64,000 nt of DNA, taken from the NCBI RefSeq assembly GCF_009914755.1, contig NC_060925.1; one strand, written 5' to 3'. Origin of the DNA: the human T2T-CHM13v2.0 reference genome, Homo sapiens. Positions 42,660 to 57,690 of this stretch are shown here, one piece after another. The notes under the pieces were generated by a model. The model was not told the DNA's origin, made no database searches, and worked only from the letters and a program-made list of their open reading frames with translations. The translations under genes were made by a program, and so were the position numbers. How positions within the stretch are numbered: position 1 is the first letter of the stretch; each line of letters begins with the position of its first letter.

Positions 42660-42858
42660 TCCATAGCACTTAGAACAATTTATATTTATTGTATTTTATT
42701 TTTGTTTGCTTGTTTTTGCCTGCTTTCTCTAGTAAATGGCAAACTCCATGAAGGTAGAAACAAACTACTCTACCTTGTCTCATTCATATCCTAGTACCTA
42801 GCACAATGTCTGGCACAAAGAAGGGGTTAAATCAATATTTGTAGAGTGAATGAATGAA
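42660..42858 (+). mobile_element. L2 3' end
   Basis: aaactccatgaaggtag...cctagtacctagcacaatgtctggcaca...caatatttg..gtgaatgaatgaa. Confidence 0.75.
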
Positions 42859-43629
42859 GTGGAGGGAGAAGATATTTGAGAGATATTTAGGATATGTAAA
42901 CATATGCATTGTATAAGATATCTTTGAGACACTTGTCTTCAAGTGGGTATAGCAATTGTGGCCTCAGTGAGGTGTCTGAAGAAGATTAAGTAAAATTACA
43001 TAGGAAAAGATCCCAGTAGAAAGTAGGACACAGTCATTTCTTTCAGTTCACTACTATTTTCTCCAAAACACATTTCAAACAGCTCCAAATATTGTACAAG
43101 TAGAGTGATCATACAAATTTATTATCTAAACTGTAACTCTTTTCAGAAAGTAAACTGTCAAAGTAGAAAGGACAGAGATTAGAATCATAATTGAGATTGT
43201 TTGGTTTAGAATAAATGGTTATCTTATGGATAAAGGATAATCAATTCAAAAGAACTTCTGCTCTTCCAAATTAATAATGCTGTGAGTTGTTCTGTTGATT
43301 AGAAAGAAAAAGGCAAACATGTTTTTATGGGTGTATCTTGTTGAAAGTATAATCTACACATGCCAAATAAATGTGAAACAAATGGATGAGCAGAGTTATT
43401 AATGCTGGAATAAGAATAATATTTATACATACTTTGTTCTTCATAATAATTACTACAATTTGCTGTTTATTTCCCACTTACTTGTTTAAAGTTTTTGCTC
43501 CCACAGAGCTGTAAGCACCATGAACACAGGGAGCATGTCCATTTAGTTTACCACAGGTCCTGGTACATGGTATCCAAAATAAAATATCAGTTAGGTGAAC
43601 AGAAAGATTCACTATAAGGTTTTTTCTAA

Positions 43630-43815
43630 CAGTGGTTCTGCCACCTATTGGCTTTGAGATTCTGGATAGTTACTTCAACTCTCTGAGCCCCATTTCTTTC
43701 ATGTGCAAAATGGAGATAAATTGTTCATCATGCTGGTATAAGGATTAAATAAAAACAATGCTTAAAACACGAATCCTAGTACAGCCACATAATATATGTT
43801 CAATAAATGTTACCT
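43630..43815 (+). mobile_element. MIR
   Basis: tagttacttcaactctctgagccccatttctttcatgtgcaaaatggagataa...aggattaaat...caataaatgtta. Confidence 0.7.
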
Positions 43816-45166
43816 GTTAGTAGGGCCTGTTTGAGGAAGTCAAATGAAAATTAAGACAAACAGTTTTGCAGAATGTTTATATTTGCAGGGACTTTTCGGG
43901 AACCCACAGAAAACACACAATAATTGCCTCACTTAGAGTTGGGATTCTGACTTGCAGCTTTGTACTAGTGACTTTTCTGTGGACGATATATTCATCAGAG
44001 ATAAATTACCTCCGACTACAGTTGGACAGAGTAGGGGGCTCCACAGTGGTGGAGATCAATAGATGGGGGTGGCCAGAGGCTTTAGTGCTGGGCCGATTTA
44101 ATGAGTCTTGGAAAGAGCTGTATTAAAAGCTTTTAGGGGAAAGCTCCCTGTTGCTGCTTTTTGTGCTCTGTCTAGTACTTTAATGAATGCTGCTATAAAG
44201 AGTGTTTTATCTGTGCATTATGAGCCCAGGTTTGACTGTTCAGGCTCTCAGAAGGATTTTAGCTGTCTTGGGATAAGATTTTATGAAGGGAAGAAAAACT
44301 CATATAGAAATATGATTTTCATAATGAGTACTAATCTGAAGAAATTAACAGCAATCACTGGTATTAAATCCCCAAATCAGAAATTTTGGACTGATTAAAA
44401 ATATGCACCAATCAAACAACAGAATTTCACACCAGATTTTGATAGTATACTTATCTTTGTATTATTATTAACACTTTGGGCTGGATTATGGATTTGTTCT
44501 CCATGATATGTAAAAAAGCTTTGGGAACTTAAAACACTAGTAAAATTCTGTTTCTTCAACGTCACTCATATCTTTTGAATCCCAATGCTTACCCTTTATA
44601 ATTACATGTGATATGTTATTGAATATTGATTCAATTTTAAAAATATGAGGGTAATATTTGTACCAAATGCACATTAACATAACTTGACCGGCTTCTAGAG
44701 TGGAATGACATTTCAAAATAGCAAAGCAGAAGGCACTTCCTTTACATGTGTCTAAACCTCACAGTGTCATACATACAGTACACAATTTGCTTTGTGAGAA
44801 TTTTTCTATTTCATCTTAGATTTTTCTTCTGGGTTTTAAAAATAATTATACTTATATGTGGAGTTAGCACTTTAGCAGAGATTTAAAGCCCGTTTCGATA
44901 CCTGCTTATGATAAGCTTAATAAGGCTAGGAAAGGAAGTGTAGTACTGAATGTATTGAATCCATTGAAAGTGTTCCCCCTCTCCTTTCCTATGAGTTGTT
45001 TCAAAAAGCATAAGATCCAGAGCCATTAGCAGGTGCAACCCAGTTAAATTCTTTGGTAGAAATGGATTATAGGGGGATGATTTCTGAAGATATTACTGAT
45101 AAATTGAAATTTTCAAACTAAGTTAAAATATATTATTACATTCTGCTTTTATTAATAGCCTGCACA

Positions 45167-45549
45167 GGCCAGGCCCAGTGGCACGTGCCTGTAATCCTAG
45201 CACTTTGGGGGGCCGAGGCAAGGGGATCACCTAAGGTCAGGAGTTCAAGACCAGCCTGGCCAACATAGTGAAACCCCGTCTATATTAAAAATACAAAAAT
45301 TAGTTGGGTGTGCTGGCCCATGCCTGTAGTTCCAGCTACTTGGAAGGTTGAGGCAGAAGAATCGCTTAAACTATTAAAAATACAAAAATTATTGGGGTGT
45401 GCTGGCCCATGCCTGTAGTTCCAGCTACGTGGGAGGTTGAGGCAGAAGAATCACTTAAACCAGAAAGGCCAAGGTTGCAGTGAGCTGAAAACCCACTACT
45501 GTACTCCAACATGGGTGACAGAGTGAGACTCCGTCTAAAAAAAAAAAAA
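45167..45549 (+). mobile_element. Alu (AluSx-like) with an internal 89-bp tandem duplication
   Basis: Alu dimer in which 45283-45371 is repeated at 45372-45460. TSD-like AGCCTGCACA / AGCCTGTACA. Confidence 0.95.
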
Positions 45550-45973
45550 GCCTGTACAAATGTAAACCATATACATACAGTTATTATATCTCAAAATATT
45601 TTTTATTTGAAAAGATCAATTTCTGAAATATTTTATTTGCTTTTTAGACTTATTATGGTAGTGAATTTTAATTCATTGATTCATTTCATTTTGCTTTCTT
45701 ATCATTATCCTGTAGAAAGATGGTAATAACATCATTTTTAAAATTTGTTTATTCACTAATGTTATTTATTCATTTGCTAGGTTACACATACTTTCATTGA
45801 GCATTTATTATGAGCTTTGATTGAGACCATAAAAAGGAATAAAACAATGGCTGCTTTCCGTAAGTCGCTTTGTGGTAAGGGAAGAGTCAGTGAAATAAAC
45901 TGAATATTACCAGACACTGATAAGAAGTTTGTGTAGCTTCACAAAAGTTTACTGAAATGACTAAATATGTGCT

Positions 45974-46417
45974 TGATACAGTTTGAATACATGTCCTTGC
46001 CAATCTCATGTTGAATTCTAATCCCCAACGTTGGAGGTGGGGCCTGGTGGGAGGTGTTTGAGTCATGACAGCTGATCCCTTATGGATTGGTGCTGGTTTC
46101 CTGATGGTCAGTGAGTTCTTGGGAGATTTGGTTGCTTGAAAGTGTGTGGCATTTTCTCCTTTGCACTCTCTTGCTTCCACTCAGGCCCTGTAACATGCCT
46201 GTTCTCACTTGGACTTCTGCCATGTGTAAAAGCTCCCTATGGCCTCCCCAAAAGCCAAGCAGATGTTGGTGCCAAACTTGTACAGCCTGCAGAACTGTGA
46301 GCCAATTAAACCTCTTTTCTTTATAAATTACCCAGTCTCAGGTATTTCTTTTTTCCTTTTATGTTTTATCCTCTCAGGGAGGAAGGTTTTATAGCAGTAC
46401 AAGAACAGCCTAACACA
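45974..46417 (+). mobile_element. Solo MST-type MaLR LTR
   Basis: TGATACAGTTTG...cctaacACA. Perfect TSD GTGCT at 45969-45973 and 46418-46422. Confidence 0.93.
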
Positions 46418-46831
46418 GTGCTTTTAAAAATAGCATTTTCCATTTTTGTTTTCTGATTATAAAACTAACATATCAATTTTAAGAAATTCATATTTTTAGT
46501 ATTTTTGTGTATACACTTCCCATCTTTTATCTGCATGAAATTATATCTGTACGTGTTTTACACATCTGAGTATATACTGCTTAGTGCCTGTTTTTGTGTG
46601 TTTTACTTAACACTCTACCATAAATATTTTCCCATGTCAATATTTATTTTATAATTTTAATTTTAATAGATATTCTTTGCTCCATTATTAGATGTACCAT
46701 AATTTAGTTCAATTCTTCCCAATTGGTTATTTAAAGATTTTTAAAATGCCATTGTAAATAAAGTTCCAATGAAAAATTTATAAACAAATCTGATTATTTC
46801 CTTAGAAAAATCTCCTAGACCTTGAATGGTT

Positions 46832-47152
46832 ATTTATATATTTATTTATTTATTTATTTATTTATTTATTTGAGACGGAGTCTTGCTCTGTAGCCCAGGC
46901 TGGAATGCAGTGGTGCAATCTCGGCTCACTGCAAGCTCTGCCTCCCAGGTTCACGCCATTCTCCTGCCTCAGCCTCCTGAGTAGCTGAGAGTACAGGCAC
47001 CAGCCACCACTGCCAGCTAATTTTTTGTATTTTTAGTAGAGAAGGGGTTTCACCGTGTTAGCCAGGATGGTCTCGATCTCCTGACCTCATGATGCGCCTG
47101 CCTCGGCCTCCCAAAGTGCTGGGATTACCGGCGTGAGCCACCGCGCCCAGTC
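46832..47152 (-). mobile_element. AluY with a (TTTA)n tail
   Basis: gcaagctc, ttcacgccattctc and ccgtgttagccaggatggtctcgatc are Y diagnostics. Several CpGs have decayed. TSD-like AATGGTTATTTA / AATAGTTATTTA. Confidence 0.95.
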
Positions 47153-48602
47153 TAAATAGTTATTTATTAACGTATTCATATTTAAAGTATCATATTTATA
47201 TAGATAAATGTTCTTCAGAAATTGTGCATTATATAAGGGTGCCCTGCATTTTTACACTTTACCATTCTTTTTGGTCTTCTCTGTTTTGATGAGTGAACAA
47301 GTAGCATTGAATATTTTCCATTTTTATTAGCCATGTGTTCTACTCATTAGTAAGTTACAATTAATGACCTTTACCTGTTTTTTAATTTCAAAGAACTCAG
47401 AGTTCTAGTTTTGTAAAATAGTTGGTTATACTAGCTTTTTAAACCTTCTACCTTTATATTTGTGATAAAATAATAAATAGATAATGAGAATGGTTGACCT
47501 TATCAAGCATGCAAGAAAGGGAAACCTTATTTACCAGAAGCAGAGAGGTAGCTAAGAGGCAAACAATGATTATGCCAGCCGATGCTATGGCAGGCCAAAT
47601 GTGATGGTGATTGTGTACAGGATACTGCATTGCCACGCAATTCAACTTCTATGGTCTTGCTGTGGAATCAGACTGGTTACAAAAGGCAACACTTAAACTG
47701 GGTTTTGCCTTGACTCTGGGTGGCACAGAACATCTATTTTGAGAACTCAAAATCCAAGTTTGTGCTTACAATTAATTTGGAGTCCAATTTAAGCTACTTG
47801 GGTATTAAAACACATGCACACACACCACACACACTGAGAAATAAACATGGGAATTGGTCTCTGGCCACTGATACATCTCTGGTGTCTGTTGGAATCAAAT
47901 GCAAAGCTTTCTGGGGAGACACTTCAAAAACCAAGATGCACAGAATTTCCATAATAACGGCATGCTTTGCATAAGATAAGATAATATAAAAAATGACAAA
48001 ACGCTAAATGAAACAATCCACCGTGAATAAGACTTAGGAAAACAAGAGAAATAACACCTACAAAACATGAGGTAATAGAATAATACTATTACAGGGATTG
48101 TAAAGTGAGATATTTAAAACTATTGATGTGATGAAATAAGTTATAGAAAACAAAAGAAGAGGACAGGAGATTGGTTTAAAAACAAAAACAAATTCAGTTT
48201 TGAAAAGGTACAAAATACACAGTCTAAATACTTAAAAAGAAACAAATCATCATTAAAAAAATGGACAATCTAAACAGCAGATTGGAGATCACTAAAGAGT
48301 GAGAGCGTAAGTGAGCTAGATGAGAAATCTGTTGTGGGAAAAAACTATAATACAGTACAGAAAGACAGAGATAGGGAGTGCGTTCAATTTGGGTTAATAA
48401 GAATTCCAGGAAGAAGTAAAAAGAATGGCTCAGAATTTTTGAGAATTAATAAAAGTCATATATCTCCAATCCTAAGCTATGCAATTTCCAGGAATAATAA
48501 TAGTAATAATTCTAGGAATAACATCAAAGAAAAAGAGAAATTTTAACAATCAAAAAAATGCAAATTCATTACAAAGGACCAATAATTAGACTAAAACCAG
48601 AC

Positions 48603-50610
<2,008 letters not shown>

Positions 50611-50658
50611 ATAAACAGACTTTCAACCTCAACCATAGAAGCTGAAAAATAGTACAGT

Positions 50659-50740
50659 TAGAGGTTGGTGCAAAAGTGATTGCAGTTTTTGCCATTGAAA
50701 GTGATAGCAAAACTGAAATTACTTTTGCACCAGCCTAATA
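50659..50740. mobile_element. MADE1 (Hsmar1-derived ~80-bp palindromic MITE)
   Basis: aggttggtgcaaaagtgattgcagtttttgccat...atagcaaaactgaaattacttttgcaccagcctaata: two inverted Hsmar1 TIRs. Confidence 0.93.
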
Positions 50741-52769
50741 CTTCAAAGTGCTAGAGTAGAAAAAAGCCATTAGCATAGATGCCTAAAACTATATAAACTA
50801 TCCTTCAAGAATGAATTCCAAATGATGTTTTTGGCAAACAGAAACAAAGTGCCACTTGCAGGACCTACTAGAATTATAAAGTATGTTCTTCATTAAGAAA
50901 GAAGTTGAACCAAGAAGGAAGGAATAATAGTCAAGAGGCAATGTTGAGTGAAGAACTGACAAGTATATAGATAAATCTAAATTTGTATTAACTATAAAAT
51001 CAATATTAATAATAACCAATTTGAGTGGTTAAAAACAAAGTACGCCTAATTTATAGACAATAATGAAAAATGGGAATGAAGAAGATTTGGATTTTAAGAA
51101 GGTGCAAAAAGCATTAACTTTAGCTATTTCAAATATATGTGTTAAACATTTAAGAGTAATAACTGAAAAAAATAGAAGTGATATTCAGAACTTTCATACC
51201 AGTAAAACTTGAAAAAGGGATTAGAAAAATGTCATTGAGCCAAGAAATTAAAGGAAAAGAAATGAAAAAGAAGCACAGAAAGGACATTGTGATTAATCAT
51301 CACATATTATGATAGGCATGTATCTGAATATCAGCAATCACATTATTATAAACTTAAAAGAAACTTGCTAGCTAAAACTAAACACTGTCAGACTGCATAC
51401 CTATATGTTTATACCCAGGTCTATGTGATTAACAGAAGATGCAATTTAAAAAATAATGACTGGAAGGACTGAAATGAAAGTAAAAGGATCAGAAAAAATG
51501 TACAAGGCAAGTATTGACTAAAATGAAGCAGGTGTGGTTACATAAACAAAACAAAAATTTAAGGCAGAATTCTTTAATAGGAATAAAGAAGTAGGTCATT
51601 GAGAAATAGATTGATTCATCAGAAAGATGCAATAGTACTGAGCTCATAGACAGCTCACAATACAGCCTTAAATATAGAAAATCAAAACTGACATAATCAC
51701 AAGGAGGAATTGAAAATACCCAGTCAGATATTTTAACCCACCTCTCTCAAATATTGACAAATGAAGTGCACACAAAGCGATGTCTGAACAAAACTTGCAT
51801 AACAAACCGAATCTAACTGGACATATATGAACATCCTTGGAACAATTATAGAATGTTTAGTCTATTTAAATTTGCAGGAAATGAGGACAGAACAATTGAC
51901 CACCTTATAGGCCCAAAGCAAGTATTTGTAAATGAAAAGAAAAAAAGCATATCATGTAGGTCGTGTTCTAAGACACTGATGCAATAAAGTTGAATTAATT
52001 GCTAAGAATTGACATAAATGCACAGAAGTAGGAACTTGTGCATTGCTGGTGAGGGTAGAAGTTTTTATAACTATGTTAGAAGACCGATTTTAGGTGTCAG
52101 TACCTATTAAAGCTGACATTATACACCAACTGTGCCACTAATTTTACTTCTGCACAGAGGGAGGATTGACCAGTATTATTCATGGCAGCTCTGTAGGTAA
52201 CGGCAAAAAAAGTGAACAGTTAAGTTCACTGTTCCTTAGTAGGGTACTGGGGTAACCTATTTTTTTAGTACAATAGATTATTGGGCAAAAATTCAAATGA
52301 ATAAATTGTATCTACATGTGTGGATATGAATAACTCCAAAACATAAGCATTATTGGAAAGAAGAAAGTTACAATTATTGTATACGTTGTCTTAACATTTA
52401 CATTATTGAAACAGTTTTGGATATGTATACAAACTGAGACAAGCATAAAAACATTTATTGGAATGATGGCATGCATACTAACCATGGTAATGGCTGCCTC
52501 TGAAGAAGAGGAAGTGATAAGGGCTGTGTGAATTGGAGTTTCACTTGAAGCTCTAATGCTTCCCCCAGCCCCCTATACTGTCAACAATAAAGAAATCGGA
52601 AACAAATATGAGAAAAATGGTAACATTTTAAAAAATGAGTGATAAGTACATGGGTCTATATTTCCTGTAAACACAGGAAATCTGTTATCTATATTTTCCT
52701 ATAAATTGAAAAAATATGAAATACATAAAAATTTATAGCAATTAACTTAAAATATGTATTTGTAAGCAC

Positions 52770-53740
52770 TCTGTATTAAATTGTCATGTGTCAAAAATAT
52801 TATAAATACTTTTCTCAACTTGCCTAATTTTGTTTTCAGTACTTTTAAACATTGAGAAGTTTTAACTTTTTCATTAAATCTATCATTTGCATTTTTATTA
52901 GTTCTACACTTACTTTTATACTTATGAAATTCTTTTCATCTCCAGGAATCAATAAGCATTGAAGTTTATTTTATTCTAGTTCTTTTTTTTTTGACCTTCA
53001 ACTTAATACATTAACTAGAATTAAGTTTACTCTCACTTATGTGCTAGGTATCTCTAAATTCCTATTTTATATTGAATTTCAATAATTATTCAATATCTCT
53101 GAATCATATTCTAAATGATCCTTTCATTCTCACTGACTAGAAATGAACTTTTCTCATACACTAATTTTATATTATCTCATATGCTAGCTTTTATTTTTAA
53201 GATTTCATATTCTATGTCTCAATATCTGGTAATAGCTTTCTTCCTGTCCTCTCCTTCAGCTCCCAACTATGTATATGTTTAATATTTTTTGTCTTGGCTA
53301 GTCTCAAACATTTTTCTTACTGATGAACTCTAAAATCATTTTTGTTAGGTTCCAAATAAAACATTAAAATTGTGACTGGAATTGCACTGACTCTGTAAGT
53401 TAATTTGAGAAAGAACTGGCATTTTTCCATAAGTAACTAAATTTTCCATTTAGTAACATATTACATTTCGCATTTATTTAAGTTTTACTTTTGAGACTCA
53501 TAATATTTTTCTCATTAGCTCTAAAAAATTTCTAAATTTCCTATATCTTAACATTTTTGTTAACTATTTCTTTTTGTTTTTCTGTTACTATTTAGTTATA
53601 TTTTTATGATTATTTGTAGCATAAAAGAAAGCTATTGTTTTGCATATTTACTCTGTATCTGGACATTGCATAACATCCTCACACACTTGGTTTTTCTAGC
53701 TTGGCTTTAATATCTTTTGAAAATACCTGTAGAGTGGTTT
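52770..53740 (-). mobile_element. Ancient L1ME-like fragment
   Basis: Diverged antisense ORF2 motifs (attgtgactggaattgcactga..ctgtaagttaatttgaga). Confidence 0.5.
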
Positions 53741-53761
53741 TATTTTATTATTTTGTATTAT

Positions 53762-54758
53762 TGTTTTTTTCTTTTTTAATGTGTATTTTAGAGTCAGGGT
53801 ATATGTGTGCAGGTTTGTTATAAAGGTATATTGCATGATGCTAAAGTTTGGGGTATGATTGGACCTGTCACCCAGGTAGTGAGCATAGTACCAAATAGGT
53901 AGGTTTTCAACCCTTTCCTCCTTCTCATCCTCCCCTGTCTTACAGACCCCAGGGTCTATTGTTCCCATCTTTAGGTTAATGTGTACCCAGTGTTTAGCTC
54001 CCACTTATAAGTGAGAACATGTGACATTTAGTTTTCTGTTCCTGTTTTAGTTTGCTTAGGATAATGGCTTCCAGCTTCATCCATGTTGCTACAAAGGACA
54101 TGACTTCATAGTCATGGCTGGGTAGTATTCCATGGTATAAATGTATATTTTCTTTATCTAGTCCACCATTGATGGGCTCCTGAGTTGATTCCCTCCCTGT
54201 CTTAGCTATTTTGAATAGTGCTGCAATGAATATATAGGTGCATGCATCTCTTTGGTAGAAAAATTTATTTTCCTTGGGGAATATACCCAGTAATGGGATT
54301 GCTGGGTTGAATGGTAGTTCTATTTTCAGTTCTTTGAGAAATCTCCAAATTGCTTTCCAGAGTGGCTGAACTTATTTACATCTCCCCAACAGTGTATAAG
54401 CATTCTCTTTTTGCCATAACCTTGCTAACATTTGTCGTTGTTGGTTTTTTGACTTTTTAATAATAGCTATCCTGACTGGTGTGAGATGGCACTAAAGAGC
54501 TTCTGCATAGCAAAATAAATTATCAATAGAGTAAACAGACAACCTCCAGAATGGGAGAAAATATTAACAAACTATGCGTATGACAAAGGTCTAAGTCCAG
54601 AATGTCCAAGGTACTTAAACAAATCAACAAGCAGTAAACAAACAATCCCATTCAAAAGCAAGCAAAGTACATGAACAGACACTTCTGAAAAGAAGGCATA
54701 CAAGCAGCCAACACATGAAAACATGCTCATCATCACTAATCATCAGAGAAAGGCAAAT
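53762..54758 (-). mobile_element. L1PA/PB-boundary element with an inverted 5' segment (53762-~54490 antisense; ~54491-54758 inverted)
   Basis: Poly-T head and 3' UTR, with the orientation switch at gtgagatggc|actaaagagcttctgc. TSD-like TATTTTGTATTATT / TATTTTCTATTATT. Confidence 0.92.
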
Positions 54759-54786
54759 TATTTTCTATTATTTCACTTCAGCTATA

Positions 54787-56041
54787 CCAGGGGTCTTCAA
54801 AAAGTTCATGGAAAATGCATATTATGAAAAACTATGCATAGATTTCAAACTAGTTTGAGGCCCTAAGAAGGGCAAGATACCAGTTTGAAAAGAACCTCTA
54901 TCAGAGCAACATGAATTCTGCTAAAATTGAAGAAAGAAAAAACATCAAATTTATGGTGAAGTTTTGGTAAAAAGATGGTGAAATGGTGATGCTTTACAGA
55001 AAGCTTATGGAGAAAATGCCCCAAAGAAATTAGTAATTTATAAATGGATAACTTGTTTTAAGAAAGGACTAATGACATTGAAGATGAAACCCACAACAAT
55101 AGACCATCCACATTAATTTGCAAGAAAAAATTCATTTTTTTCATGCCCTAATTGAAGAGGACTGATGACTAACAGCAAAAACAATCCCCAACACCATAGA
55201 CATCTTAAATGGTTCAGTTTACACTATTCTGACTTAAAAATTAAAGTTAAGCAAGCTTTCCACTCAGTGGATATCAAAATGGTTGTGCTCAGATCAGCTG
55301 CAGACAAGAGCAGAGCTTTCAATGGAAACTTTAAACAAGTGGGATAAGATCCTGAAGCATTTCTTCGAAGAATTATGACAGGAGGTGAAACATAGTTTTA
55401 CCACTATGATCCTGAGGACAAGGCACAATCAAAGCAATGGCTACCAAGAGGTGGAGGTGGTCCAGTCAAAAAGCAAAAGGAGACCATCCAGAGCAAAGGT
55501 CATGGCAACAGGTTTTTAGGGCGCTAAAAGCATTTTGGATGTTGACTTTCTGGAGAGCCAAAGAACAATAGCATCTGTTTAAATGAGAGTGTTTTGAGAA
55601 TGTTAGCAAAAGCTTTAACAGAAAACACCCAGGAAAGCTTCACCAGAGTCCTTCTCCACCATGACAGTGCTCCTGCTTATTCACAAGGACAATTTTGTGA
55701 GAGTTTCGATGGGAAATCTTTAGGCATCTACCTTACAGTCCTGATTTGACTCCTTGTGACTTTTTTTTTTTTTTTTTTTTTTTTGCTAATCTTAAAAACT
55801 CTGTAAAGGACACCCATTTTTCTTCAGTTAATAATGTAAAAATAAAAAAACAAAAAACAAAAAAACTGCCTTGACATGATTAAATGCCCAGGACCCTCAA
55901 TTCTTTATGGATGGATTAAATGGCTGGTATCATCACTAACAAAAGTGTCTTGAACTTGGAACTTATGTTGAGAAATAAAATTTATATTTTTATTTCTATC
56001 TTTTGTTTTAATTTTTCCATGAACTTTTTGAAGTCCCCTCA
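54787..56041 (+). mobile_element. Full-length Hsmar2 (HSMAR2) mariner DNA transposon
   Basis: Left TIR ccaggggtcttcaaaaagttcatggaaaa and right TIR ttttccatgaactttttgaagtcccctca. TA TSD at 54785-54786 and 56042-56043. Confidence 0.95.
54911..55978 (+). pseudogene. Inactivated Hsmar2 transposase
   Basis: Starts MNSAKIEERKNIKFMVKF. Remnants include TGGET*FYHYDPEDKAQSKQWLPRGGGGPVK (TGDET motif mutated), LLHHDSAPAY and HLPYSPDLTPCD, ending YVEK*. Many stops and frameshifts. Confidence 0.92.
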
Positions 56042-57189
56042 TACTTTTATTATGCCTTGTTGAGAGATTTTAGACTAATAGCAAATATTTGTAGTAATAG
56101 TGGGCATCCTTCTTGTATTACTAACTTAAATGTGTGATGTCAGCTATTGGCCAGAAATATATATTATTATTTTTCTGAGAAATTAATGTTAAATTCATAG
56201 TTTATTGAAAAATTTTGATCCAGCATGAATAAGTTAGATTTTATGATATTAATTCAGATTTTCTGATTTTGATTTTTAAGATATGGCAATCAGCGTACTT
56301 TGCTCACCACCCACATTTCAACCTAAAATATGACTGTTTTCTTTTTTCTTTAAGAAACCAGATATTATTACAGGTGAGTTTTCTCAGTGTTAAAACAGTT
56401 TAAGTGCATCAGTTTGGGGAAAAATACTTGACTTGTTGATGACCGTACTCACTAACTTCTTTGATTGTCAGGTACAAAAAATTCCATCAAATATTTAAGG
56501 AAAACATTAACGGTTTGGGAAAATCACTATTTTAGAAACTTTTTATTAATATTAATAATATATTATACACTATGCACTATGCAAGGCACTCTGAGGAACA
56601 CAGACATAAACATTAAATTGTGAAACAATAATGAATTCTCTTAGGCTTACTGTGTTTAAAAAAGAATAGAAGAAAAAAATTCCAACAGATCTATAAAATG
56701 GAATTTCCTGGACTGAAAAATCATTGAGCTTACCTAAAAAAAGTGTTTCTTTTATAGACTACACTTTGATTATAATAAAGGTCTTATTCCTTTTGCAATA
56801 GAAAACCAGCAGAGATGATTACTCCAAATATAGCATTAAATGTCTAATATTTTTAAAACAGAAAGAATACATGAAAATTTTATACAGAGAATTATCTACC
56901 TCCTGCTACTGGCAGTTTCCTGGTTTATTAATGTGTCATTGCTGATTTTCTGTATAATAAGGCACACTTGACTTTGTTTGATTAGTTGATTCATTGCTAA
57001 AATAGTCCCACAGACACTGAACTGTGATAGACAGTTTGGAGAGCCTGGCCACTCTCTATGTAACAGCATCCAGCACCATGACTAGGACACCTTCTCTCTC
57101 ACATACACACATGTATAAATTGTTTCTTATTAAAGAATATATTCCCAAGTAGGATATTGAATTATAATAATAGAATTGTAGAGTAAGTC

Positions 57190-57330
57190 AATTTCTGCAT
57201 TTTGAAGATGCAGAAACTGGGGTTCAGGGAGGTTAAGCAATATCCCTAAGATGACATAACTACATAGAAGGTTCTCTACAGTGGAAATAATCCTCTGACT
57301 GCTTGTCCAGTACTTTCTCAGCCACACCAT
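57190..57330 (-). mobile_element. MIR
   Basis: cattttgaagatgcagaaactggggttcagggaggttaagcaatatccctaagatgaca. Confidence 0.7.
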
Positions 57331-57595
57331 ACCAGTGAATAGTAGAGGCAGGCTGTTAGTTTTTAAAATTTGAATTATGATTCAAAAAAGAAGGAACTAA
57401 GTTTATTTACTGGTTTTTGGAGTCTCCTTATGTAAGTATTCCATTCTGGTGAAAGCTATACCAACGGTGGTTAGGTAAATTACCAAAGACAGTCTCTACA
57501 CTACACAGAATGTGTGAAGTGAGAATCTATCTCGGACTTGAATCTGCTGAAAGCTTTATATTTGACAGATGGTTTGAATTTATATTGAAAGTTTG

Positions 57596-57690
57596 GAGAG
57601 AGAGAAAGAATGAGAGAGAGGAGAGAGAAGAGAAAAAGGGGGAATGGAAAAAGAGAGGAAGAAAGGAAGGGATAAAAGAAGAGAAAAAAT
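57596..57690. repeat. GA-rich polypurine low-complexity tract
   Basis: Seen directly in the sequence. Confidence 0.8.
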
